A stretch of 64,000 bases of DNA from positions 70,214-134,213 of the forward strand of contig CAMRWU010000002.1 of NCBI GenBank assembly GCA_947054505.1, in the 5' to 3' direction. The notes under the pieces are model-generated. The model made no database searches. It was not told where the DNA came from and worked only from the letters and a program-made list of their open reading frames with translations. Numbering within the stretch: the stretch's first letter is position 1; each line of letters opens with the position of its first letter. Source of the DNA: an uncultured Pseudomonadota bacterium (GTDB lineage Bacteria; Pseudomonadota; Alphaproteobacteria; RF32; CAG-239). Of this stretch, positions 40,085-48,556 are shown piece after piece. Both the position numbers and the translations under genes were made by a program.

Positions 40085-40309
40085 TCAGACCTTCAAAAAC
40101 TTCCCAGTACCCGCCTCTGTCCGGCCCAATAGGCGAATAAGCCCTTTTTCTTTCATCTGGCGCATATTTTTTTCTATGCCGGCAATACTTAAACCGACTA
40201 GCTCTGGTAATTCTCTGGTGGTAACATAAGGATTATTTGCAATAATCTGCAAAATTTTCTCTTTACTTTTTAACGCATCATTTGCTTCAAAGATAGTTTT
40301 TATCTGCAT
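40085..40309 (-). CDS. Winged-helix DNA-binding protein, possibly the C-terminal remnant of a larger regulator
   Basis: 74 aa. KILQIIANNPYVTTRELPELVGLSIAGIEKNMRQMKEKGLIRLLGRTEAGTGKFL looks like a wHTH C-terminal domain. No upstream in-frame extension. Confidence 0.4.
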   Translation of the reverse strand: MQIKTIFEANDALKSKEKILQIIANNPYVTTRELPELVGLSIAGIEKNMRQMKEKGLIRLLGRTEAGTGKFLKV

Positions 40310-40368
40310 TTCACGATTATCAAGCAGATTTTTTTTTCGCCCAACAACAGATTTCCGAAAAACTTATT

Positions 40369-40395
40369 AAGCAATTTCAGCCCGCAAGCCTATTT
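40369..40395. repeat. 27-bp direct repeat, copy 1 (24/27 identical to 42320..42346)
   Basis: aagcaatttcagCCCgcaagcctattt. Confidence 0.8.
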
Positions 40396-40511
40396 ATTTG
40401 TATTTCAAAAACTCCAGTTTCATTTTAATTATAGATTTCAAAAAACTTGAGATAAAGCAAAATATATTATACATTAAAGCTATTAGAGTAAAATAAAAGG
40501 ATGGTACATAA

Positions 40512-40910
40512 ATGACAGAAAATAATCAGATTGACATTAATTTGGAAAATAAAAAAACAGACGATATTTACACGGCCATACATGAAATACTTAAAAATGC
40601 TCGTCGTATAGCTAAGGTGCAAATTGCCGCAAAAGAGGTAACGGACACGATTAAAAACTATGAAAGAGAAAAAGCAATTGTTTTGATTGCTCAATATATT
40701 AATAAGTATAAAAATATTTTAAATTTTCTCTCCAAATTTACCGGACGCTACATTATTTATGAACCAAATTTTTACGATAATAAATCTGACGACATTATTC
40801 TATGTGATTTGAAATACATAAGAAATGTTATTTATGCAGACGAAATAAAAAATGCCGGACTTGAATATACCCTTGAGAAAGCATTAAAAAAATTAAATTT
40901 AGTTCCTTAA
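40512..40910 (+). CDS. Hypothetical protein
   Basis: 132-aa ORF with a GGA RBS region. No family recognised. Confidence 0.4.
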   Translation: MTENNQIDINLENKKTDDIYTAIHEILKNARRIAKVQIAAKEVTDTIKNYEREKAIVLIAQYINKYKNILNFLSKFTGRYIIYEPNFYDNKSDDIILCDLKYIRNVIYADEIKNAGLEYTLEKALKKLNLVP

Positions 40911-40923
40911 ATAAGTTTGGTAT

Positions 40924-41727
40924 TTATTGTAATCTTTTTACAAAATTATCATTTGTAAATATTATGTTCCATTTACAAAGATATACATCCTCGAAATTTA
41001 AATGAAATTTATGATTATTTAGCTCATCTGTAAAATGGCAATAGTTCCCCATGGAAACATCCGGAAGATATATCAGAAGAAAACATTTATCGCATTTTTT
41101 CAAATAATTGTTGATTTTATCATTCTTTCTATCAATTTTTTCTTGAAGTTCATCAAAAGGATTTTCTTTACTGTAGCATTCATTATTAACATGACAATTG
41201 AATTTACCATCCATATTTTCGAAACCGCTGATCGAAATATTAAAATATTCACCTTGTACAAAAATACTTTCTTTGACGAAACATGGCCACTGCTTCAACT
41301 TTTCGACATTTTTATCAACAATTTGTTCTATCCCTGATTTTATAGCCTGTTTATTATAAATATCCCAAAAGCCCGGATTATAGACAGCCTCCATCATTTC
41401 TTTATAAGTTCGTGCCTGACTTGCTCGCCGATTCCATTGATCAATCAGAATAGAGATATTTAGCCCATATTGCTTTTGAGTATATTTACACACTTGGTTT
41501 CCTATAGACATTAAGTGTTGAAGAGCTCTCCCATGACGGCTTTTAACGATAAATTTAGTAATTTCTAATCCGATTTTTTTATTATTCTCTGTAATAAAAA
41601 CAAAATCTGGTGCCTCATCATCGCGGTAAGATACTATTTTATTTTGCTGATACCACTTTTTACCCTCATCCGAAGATAAAAAATATTGTAAATATTCCCG
41701 TTCTTCTGCTTTTTTATCTTGGGACAT
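40924..41727 (-). CDS. Putative PD-(D/E)xK nuclease-fold protein
   Basis: N-terminal DEAPDFVFITENNKKIGLEITK has the PD...(D/E)xK signature spacing. The remaining 200 aa are unassigned. Confidence 0.45.
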   Translation of the reverse strand: MSQDKKAEEREYLQYFLSSDEGKKWYQQNKIVSYRDDEAPDFVFITENNKKIGLEITKFIVKSRHGRALQHLMSIGNQVCKYTQKQYGLNISILIDQWNRRASQARTYKEMMEAVYNPGFWDIYNKQAIKSGIEQIVDKNVEKLKQWPCFVKESIFVQGEYFNISISGFENMDGKFNCHVNNECYSKENPFDELQEKIDRKNDKINNYLKKCDKCFLLIYLPDVSMGNYCHFTDELNNHKFHLNFEDVYLCKWNIIFTNDNFVKRLQ

Positions 41728-41732
41728 GATAT

Positions 41733-42206
41733 TTAATCCATTGCCTCATCTAAATGCTCAAGAAACGCCTGACAACCCTCAACAATATCCCAATAAGTCT
41801 CATCAAAATTGCCTGTATACCACGGATCTTTAATATTGCGTGGATTCTGTGCAAAATCTAAAAGACGATAAATCTTATGCTCGGTATCCACACCAACCAA
41901 CGATTGAATATCCTCAATGTTGCTGTCATCCATCGCCAAAATATAATCAAAATACGCATAGTCATGTGGACGGATACGCCGGGAATAATGCTCTTCAAAC
42001 GGCACATGCATGGATTTCAGCATTTCTCTGGTTCCATGATGAATGCCCGCGTGGCACATCTCATTGTAACTTTCCGTAGCCGCTGAACCTATTTCAAAAT
42101 TATCCGCCAGTCCTTTTTCCGCAACCATCTGCTTCAGAACAAACTCCGCCATCGGTGACCGACAAATATTTCCCAGACAAACAAATAAAACTTTAATCTT
42201 GGCCAA
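41733..42206 (-). CDS. Low-molecular-weight protein-tyrosine phosphatase (LMW-PTP/ArsC fold)
   Basis: P-loop VLFVCLGNICRSPMAEF (C-x5-R) and a downstream DP motif. 157 aa. It is 5 bp upstream of the PD-(D/E)xK ORF. Confidence 0.75.
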   Translation of the reverse strand: MAKIKVLFVCLGNICRSPMAEFVLKQMVAEKGLADNFEIGSAATESYNEMCHAGIHHGTREMLKSMHVPFEEHYSRRIRPHDYAYFDYILAMDDSNIEDIQSLVGVDTEHKIYRLLDFAQNPRNIKDPWYTGNFDETYWDIVEGCQAFLEHLDEAMD

Positions 42207-42319
42207 TGTCTATCTACCTTTTGTACATCAATTATCTCTAATATTATTAGTAATCCGCATTTTTTTATTATCAAGGAGATTTTCTTCCAACAGCAGCTTT
42301 TTGAAGAATTTAATAAGAT

Positions 42320-42346
42320 AAGCAATTTCAGTCAGCAAGCCTATTT
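42320..42346. repeat. 27-bp direct repeat, copy 2 (overlaps the last 7 codons of the 240-aa ORF)
   Basis: aagcaatttcagTCAgcaagcctattt. Confidence 0.8.
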
Positions 42347-43050
42347 GTCAGCGTATCATACATTATTTCATCCATATTATTCCAATTTGGTTGTTCAGAT
42401 AGGTCAACATAGTATTTTTTACTCAGTTCTCGCAAATCATACTCTCCTTGATCCCAAATGACAGGATAGCCCAATTTTCTGAGCCGTATAAATGCACGCA
42501 TGGCATAGACAGTATTGCGGTGACACCGAGAAAAATAGAAAACCCATTTGTTAGAGGCATACTGCTCATAATTTTTTTTATCATAGCCTACATTTTTGTA
42601 GTTATAGCCTTGCTTCCATAAAAAGCCCGGATTAAAATTGCCTACAGACGTTTCCCAAGGATGCCCTAAGTGGACATAGTTAAACAACCACCACCTAAAA
42701 TCTTCAGCACTGTCGTGATTGCGGTCAGCTAAAATGCCTTCCGGATGTTCATAGTCTGAATGAAACATTTGCCGACCATCCATTGTCCTTTGAGCAACTT
42801 CCTCTGCTTTCATATCCCTGAAATTGACTAATCTATCCTCATACCCGAAACGCTTGGAAAAACCATTTTCATCACAAAAAGCCAGTTCTATTTCTTTAAT
42901 CAATTCAAAATACTTGTTTAAGGTTAAATCTTTGATGGGTTGTGGAAGTAGACCACGCAATTGCATCTTTAAATATTTATGGGCTTCTTTCCGTTCTTCA
43001 TCTGATAGGCAAAAGCTACCTAAACCAAACACTCTCTTTTTTCTTCCCAT
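42328..43050 (-). CDS. Hypothetical protein
   Basis: 240-aa ORF. Aromatic-rich. No family recognised. Confidence 0.45.
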   Translation of the reverse strand: MGRKKRVFGLGSFCLSDEERKEAHKYLKMQLRGLLPQPIKDLTLNKYFELIKEIELAFCDENGFSKRFGYEDRLVNFRDMKAEEVAQRTMDGRQMFHSDYEHPEGILADRNHDSAEDFRWWLFNYVHLGHPWETSVGNFNPGFLWKQGYNYKNVGYDKKNYEQYASNKWVFYFSRCHRNTVYAMRAFIRLRKLGYPVIWDQGEYDLRELSKKYYVDLSEQPNWNNMDEIMYDTLTNRLAD

Positions 43051-43080
43051 TTTATTTCCGCCTTTACATTATGATTCTTC

Positions 43081-43410
43081 TTATTTTTTGTTTAACGTAT
43101 ATTTTTCATAATAGCTGTATAAATCTTCCACCGTGCTCATCAGTATATTTTTTCCCGATTCGTCCATCATAGAACCTTGAGTTGCCTTTTTGCCAAAATC
43201 CATTTCATAAATCCACCAATCAAGCGTACCCGTGTCATTATATGTTTGCTTTAATACGTCAATCAGGGCATTTTCCAAAACATTATTATATATCGGCACA
43301 AAACGACCATCAAACATCTCATCAAATGTTTTTTGCCATCTATCCATTTGCTTGTGTGCCTCTTTAATTGCAGCAATGCCTGTTTTAAGAGGCTCAATTG
43401 TTACTTCCAT
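43081..43410 (-). CDS. Hypothetical small acidic protein
   Basis: 109-aa ORF, 30 bp upstream of the 240-aa ORF. Confidence 0.4.
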   Translation of the reverse strand: MEVTIEPLKTGIAAIKEAHKQMDRWQKTFDEMFDGRFVPIYNNVLENALIDVLKQTYNDTGTLDWWIYEMDFGKKATQGSMMDESGKNILMSTVEDLYSYYEKYTLNKK

Positions 43411-43770
43411 TTTTTCTTCTCCGTTTTTTTACATCAACTCACATATAAAAAAAGAAAAACCACCTTTTAATTAAGGTGGCCGGAGAGTTCAAAAATCATC
43501 CTTATGAGTTGATCCTTTTAGCCTTTTGAAGTCAGAAAACTCCTGTTGCATACACTAAAAGCTCCCCGACCAAAACTAGGTTTTAATCGGGGATATATTC
43601 ATCATTACCTACAAATGCAGATAACAAATCTCACGGCGTACATCCAACGCCGCATAAGGAAAGGCTTTTGAAGACCTCCGCACCACTTTTTCTGGTGCTA
43701 AGCATAGGAATATTTCCCATACCTGTTGTTACTATAGAATAATAATCTTAAAATTCAATAAAGATATTTT

Positions 43771-44286
43771 TTATCTCCGGACCAGCCATTTTCCGTTTTT
43801 AGTGGCTCCCATCCGATGAATTTTCTTTTCCTTAACCAACTGGTATATTCGCCATTCTGCTGATTTAGGAGTTATTTCCAAGGCTAGTGCCACCTCTTTA
43901 ATCGTTAGTTTAGGATTTTCGGATAAAAGTTGCAAAAGTTTTTTGCGCACTTCATTCCTGTTTTTCTTTCCTGTTAGCCGGTTGTTAATGGTAATTTTCT
44001 TAAAGCCAAGCATTTCTCTTACAAACTCGTAGTTATCAAGGAGTTTAAGTAAGTCATAGGCTTTTAATCCGGTCTTTTTATTAAACCAGTTACGAACCGT
44101 ATAAAGATTCAGATCCAGATCATGAGCAACATGCTTGGAAACATTATGTTTGTAATGTTCAATCAATTGCTCTTTTAATGCTTCAGATAGCTCTTTGTTG
44201 TTTGAAAAAACAACAACGTCAAGTTCTTTTTTGTACCAGTTTTGGTGCTTTTTAATGTTAGACATTTGATTTCCTTTCGTTAACAA
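43771..44286 (-). CDS. HTH DNA-binding regulator, divergent from the serine recombinase gene
   Basis: C-terminal LSENPKLTIKEVALALEITPKSAEWRIYQLVKEKKI is wHTH-like. Confidence 0.5.
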   Translation of the reverse strand: MLTKGNQMSNIKKHQNWYKKELDVVVFSNNKELSEALKEQLIEHYKHNVSKHVAHDLDLNLYTVRNWFNKKTGLKAYDLLKLLDNYEFVREMLGFKKITINNRLTGKKNRNEVRKKLLQLLSENPKLTIKEVALALEITPKSAEWRIYQLVKEKKIHRMGATKNGKWLVRR

Positions 44287-44341
44287 TTAAAAGGAAATGG
44301 TATCGTGCCATGGGATATTTTGATATTAAGAAGAGAACGAT

Positions 44342-45895
44342 ATGCTATTTAATTATACGAAACCAGAGGAGAAAATAAAAGCAGCGGCGTATGTGCGAAT
44401 GTCCACAGAACACCAAAAATACTCGCCGGAAAACCAGATGGCGGCAATCCGTGAGTATGCCAATAAACACAATTACGAAATCATCCAAACCTATTCGGAC
44501 GAAGGTAAAAGCGGACTTAACATCGCCGGCCGAGCATCGCTACAGAGGATGATTAACGATGTAGAAAGCCGCAGCATTCAATTCAAAGCCATATTGGTGT
44601 TGGACGTTACCCGTTGGGGACGTTTCCAAGATGCTGACGAAAGCGCCTACTATGAATTCATCTGCAAACGTGCCGGTGTTCGCGTCCAATATTGCGCAGA
44701 GCAATTTGAAAATGACGACAGCCCGATTTCGACCATCGTTAAAGGTGTAAAACGTACCATGGCAGCCGAATACAGCCGCGAGCTGTCCGGGAAAGTGTTT
44801 ACAGGACAGTCTCGACTGATTACTCTTGGTTATAAGCAAGGAGGCCCAGCCGGATATGGATTGCGGCGTATGCTGATTGATGAACATGGCAATCATAAAG
44901 GGATTTTGCTACGCGGCGAACATAAAAGCATTGCGACCGATCGTGTTATTCTTGTACCGGGACCAGAGGAAGAACAAGAAACTGTTCGTTGGATGTATAA
45001 AGCCTTTGTTTATGAGGGAAAAAGCGAGGGAACAATTGCCGATGAACTCAATCGGCGCGGAATTAGAACAGATCTTGACAGGGAATGGACACGGTCAACT
45101 GTCCGAGAGGTTCTAAGCAACGAAAAGTATATCGGGAATAACATATTTAACCGCATCTCCTATAAATTAAAGATTAGGCGTGTCCGCAATCCAGAAGATA
45201 TGTGGATTAGAAAAGACAATGCTTTTGAGGGAATTGTCGATTCGAGCTTGTTTTTCATGGCTAAGGGCATTTTTGCCGCCCGTTGCCGAAAGCTCACAGA
45301 TGAAGAAATGTTACAAAAACTTAAGGAATTGCAGGATAAACGCGGTTATTTATCCGCTATGATTATTGATGAAGCTGAAGATATGCCCTCCAGCGCCGCT
45401 TATTCTGGACGTTTTGGCGGATTAGTCCGAGCTTACCGATTAATAGGTTTTGATCCCGGCCGAGATTTTCGTTATATTGAAATTAACAAATATCTGCGGG
45501 AATTGCACGAAGACACAATCGAAAATACCATTCAACGGCTTATGAGCTGTGGTGCTGATATTCAGCTGAATGAGACTAAAAACCTTTTGATGGTTAATAA
45601 TATGTTTTCGGCATCATTGGTGATCAGTCGATGCAATTCCTTAAATAATGGAAAATACCGCTGGAAAGTACGGTTTGATACGGTTCTTAATCCTGATGTA
45701 ACCATCGCCATAAGGATGAAAGCCGATAATTCTACAGTTATGGACTATTATCTTCTGCCATCACTTGATTTTAGAATTCCCAATATCCGTTTGGAAGAGC
45801 AAAACACCGATCTACTTGATTCATACCGTTTTGACAATTTGGATTATCTTTATGAAATGGCAAAATGTATTTCTATCAGGGGGCTTTTACAATGA
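44342..45895 (+). CDS. Large serine recombinase (resolvase catalytic domain plus recombinase domain)
   Basis: N-terminal AAYVRMSTEHQKYSPENQ (catalytic Ser). Then the recombinase-domain region ...VKRTMAAEYSRELSGKV... 517 aa. Confidence 0.8.
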   Translation: MLFNYTKPEEKIKAAAYVRMSTEHQKYSPENQMAAIREYANKHNYEIIQTYSDEGKSGLNIAGRASLQRMINDVESRSIQFKAILVLDVTRWGRFQDADESAYYEFICKRAGVRVQYCAEQFENDDSPISTIVKGVKRTMAAEYSRELSGKVFTGQSRLITLGYKQGGPAGYGLRRMLIDEHGNHKGILLRGEHKSIATDRVILVPGPEEEQETVRWMYKAFVYEGKSEGTIADELNRRGIRTDLDREWTRSTVREVLSNEKYIGNNIFNRISYKLKIRRVRNPEDMWIRKDNAFEGIVDSSLFFMAKGIFAARCRKLTDEEMLQKLKELQDKRGYLSAMIIDEAEDMPSSAAYSGRFGGLVRAYRLIGFDPGRDFRYIEINKYLRELHEDTIENTIQRLMSCGADIQLNETKNLLMVNNMFSASLVISRCNSLNNGKYRWKVRFDTVLNPDVTIAIRMKADNSTVMDYYLLPSLDFRIPNIRLEEQNTDLLDSYRFDNLDYLYEMAKCISIRGLLQ

Positions 45896-46386
45896 ATGAA
45901 CAGTTATGCGAAGTTGAAATCAGTAAGATTTTTGTGTTGAATCCACGAGAACGCAACAAACAAATCGCCGGAGAAATCAAGAAAAACATCGAAGATGTCG
46001 GTTTAAAACGGCCAATTACAGTAACACGCAAACAATTCCCGCAAGATGGATACGAGTACGATCTAGTCTGTGGTCAAGGACGTTTAGAAGCATATATAGC
46101 CAATAATCAAACCACAATTCCGGCCATTATTATAAACGTTAGCGAGGAAGATTCTCTGATTATGAGCCTCGTAGAAAATATTGCCCGTAAAAACTACCAA
46201 CCCTATGAACTTTTCAAAAATGTCAAGAAACTCTACGATTCGGGATACACATCAGTGGATATTGCTCAAAAAACCGGATTGGGCAAAGAATATATGAGCC
46301 AAATCATTAAACTACTTAATAAAGGAGAAGACCGACTGCTAAATGCCGTTGAGTGCAACCGCATCCCATTAAATGTAGCGATCTAA
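45892..46386 (+). CDS. ParB/Srx-like nuclease-domain protein
   Basis: ParB box region DLVCGQGRLEA. The ATG overlaps the recombinase stop (ATGA). Confidence 0.55.
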   Translation: MNEQLCEVEISKIFVLNPRERNKQIAGEIKKNIEDVGLKRPITVTRKQFPQDGYEYDLVCGQGRLEAYIANNQTTIPAIIINVSEEDSLIMSLVENIARKNYQPYELFKNVKKLYDSGYTSVDIAQKTGLGKEYMSQIIKLLNKGEDRLLNAVECNRIPLNVAI

Positions 46387-46410
46387 ATTGTAGAAACCCC
46401 GGATAGCGAG

Positions 46411-46761
46411 ATGCAGCGGGTTCTTCAGGAAGCTTACGAACAAAATCTAATCAAAGGCAACAAAATCGGTTATGTAAAGAAGCTAATCGAAGTAAGAAAA
46501 AAGAGCGGCAAGAATTTTCACAGCGGGTTAAAAGCTCATAAACAACTGTCTCCTACTGACCTTAATAAAATATACGAACAGGAAATCAGCAAGAAAATGC
46601 TGCTGATCCGCAAGGCCGACAAAGTAGAAAGCACCCTCATCTTCTTGGTGGAAAGTTTTAAAAAGTTACTCTCCGACAATAATTTCACCAATCTTCTAAA
46701 AGCAGAAAATTTAGAAAAAGTGCCGCAATTTATCTCAGAAAAGGTTAATCCAGATGACTAA
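46411..46761 (+). CDS. Hypothetical protein
   Basis: 116-aa ORF between the two ParB-like genes. Confidence 0.4.
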   Translation: MQRVLQEAYEQNLIKGNKIGYVKKLIEVRKKSGKNFHSGLKAHKQLSPTDLNKIYEQEISKKMLLIRKADKVESTLIFLVESFKKLLSDNNFTNLLKAENLEKVPQFISEKVNPDD

Positions 46762-47644
46762 TCACCAATTATCGCAAGCTTTTGAAAACCACATAGTAAC
46801 GCTGGATGTAAATAGCATCACGTTCTCAAAGGAAATTAACCCGCAGGTACTTGCCTGCAAAAAATTTCAGGTTATTGTCTCTTCTATTAAGGAAGTCGGC
46901 ATCATCGAACCTCCTGTTGTAACCACTAAAAACGGCGGATATTTACTCTTAGATGGCCATTTGCGAATTTCTGCCCTAAAAAAGTTAAATATTCCACAAG
47001 TCAGTTGCCTCTTATCAACCGATGATGAAGGTTTTACCTATAACAAGCACGTCAACCGTTTATCAAATGTCCAAGAGCATAAAATGATTGTTAAAGCGAT
47101 TGAGCGCGGCGTACCTATCGAAAGGCTTGCCAAAGTTTTAGATATGGATCCAGCTAACGTCATCCGTAAAAAAAACTTGTTAGACGGTATTGATCCTGAG
47201 GCATCAGAATTGCTCAAAGATAAAATTATCTCCGGCGGTGTTTTTACATATTTGAAAAAGATGAGACCACAACGACAGGTGGAAGCAGCTAATTTAATGA
47301 ATGATATGGGCAACTATACCGCAAAATTTGCCCGTTCAATCTGGTTGGCAAGCTCAGATAAGCAACTGTTAAATCCGCTAAAACGAGCAAATACCTTGGA
47401 TGTTGAGAAGTTAGGACGGCTGGAAAGCGAAGTATCCAAGGTTCAGGGCGAATATAAAATCATGGAAGACAAATACGGAATCGATGTTTTAAACCTTACT
47501 CTTGTGAAAGGTTATATTCGGAGCATTTTTGCAAACCAGCACGTCTGCGATTATCTAAAAGCCTATGAACCAGACATTTACCGCCAGTTTGAAACAATTG
47601 TGGAGTTGGAAAATGTTAATGCACTAAATGACAGACCATTTTAA
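46754..47644 (+). CDS. ParB-like N-terminal domain protein (second copy)
   Basis: GIIEPPVVTTKNGGYLLLDGHLRISALKKL resembles the ParB N-domain box. Confidence 0.55.
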   Translation: MTNHQLSQAFENHIVTLDVNSITFSKEINPQVLACKKFQVIVSSIKEVGIIEPPVVTTKNGGYLLLDGHLRISALKKLNIPQVSCLLSTDDEGFTYNKHVNRLSNVQEHKMIVKAIERGVPIERLAKVLDMDPANVIRKKNLLDGIDPEASELLKDKIISGGVFTYLKKMRPQRQVEAANLMNDMGNYTAKFARSIWLASSDKQLLNPLKRANTLDVEKLGRLESEVSKVQGEYKIMEDKYGIDVLNLTLVKGYIRSIFANQHVCDYLKAYEPDIYRQFETIVELENVNALNDRPF

Positions 47645-47671
47645 CGCTTACATATTATATAAGGCTTAAAT

Positions 47672-48466
47672 ATGAAAATACGCATTTTATCTGACTTGCA
47701 TCTAGACATTAACAAGAATCATCCATTTTCATTAATCGATACGGAAACCTTTACCATTTTGTGTGGAGATATTTCCGGCAATCCGCAACAAACAATAGAA
47801 TGGATAAATAACAATATCAAACAAGGGGTTTTTGTGGAAGGCAACCATATTGGTTACGATTCTCAGCACTCAATCCAGTATATAGAAAACCTTCTAGCCT
47901 CCCGTTATCCCACCACTGCTCCAATAGCATACCTTAAAAATTCTTACAAAATTGTGGATGATATTGTCTTTGTCGGCGGTATCTTATGGACAGACTTTAA
48001 CCTATATGGAAATGCCGTGCAACCTTTAGCTGAATTCTATGCTTTGCAACTAATGAATGACTTTCGCTATAACTATACCAATACCAATCATATAAAAGAT
48101 GAAACAGAAAACAATTTTGAAAAATTGGTCGCCAAAGAATGGATTCGCAAGCTTAGTCCCGGCGACACCGAAAAAATGTTTGCATCTACTCTGAAGTGCA
48201 TTGACACAGTTTGTCGCAAATTTCCAAACAAAAAAATCGTAGTCGTTACCCATCATGCACCAAGTAGTAAATCTATTCCGGAAATTTATCTAACGGATAA
48301 ATCAACACCAGCATTTGCGAGCAATTTAGAACAATTTATTCTAGATCACCCCAATATCAAACTTTGGTGTCACGGTCATATTCACTCTGCTTGCGATTAC
48401 CAAATCGGAAACTGCCGCGTAATATGTAATCCACGAGGATATGTGCAGTTGGGAGAAACAAATTAA
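47672..48466 (+). CDS. Metallophosphoesterase (calcineurin-like)
   Basis: Motifs GDISGNP, GNHIGYD, VTHHAP, and GHIH. Confidence 0.65.
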   Translation: MKIRILSDLHLDINKNHPFSLIDTETFTILCGDISGNPQQTIEWINNNIKQGVFVEGNHIGYDSQHSIQYIENLLASRYPTTAPIAYLKNSYKIVDDIVFVGGILWTDFNLYGNAVQPLAEFYALQLMNDFRYNYTNTNHIKDETENNFEKLVAKEWIRKLSPGDTEKMFASTLKCIDTVCRKFPNKKIVVVTHHAPSSKSIPEIYLTDKSTPAFASNLEQFILDHPNIKLWCHGHIHSACDYQIGNCRVICNPRGYVQLGETN

Positions 48467-48556
48467 AAACAATTACATAATGGAAATATAAAGAGTTCAT
48501 ATTTCCCAAAACGCAATTTTAATAATTTAGCTCCAACTTTACTAAAATAAATTCTT

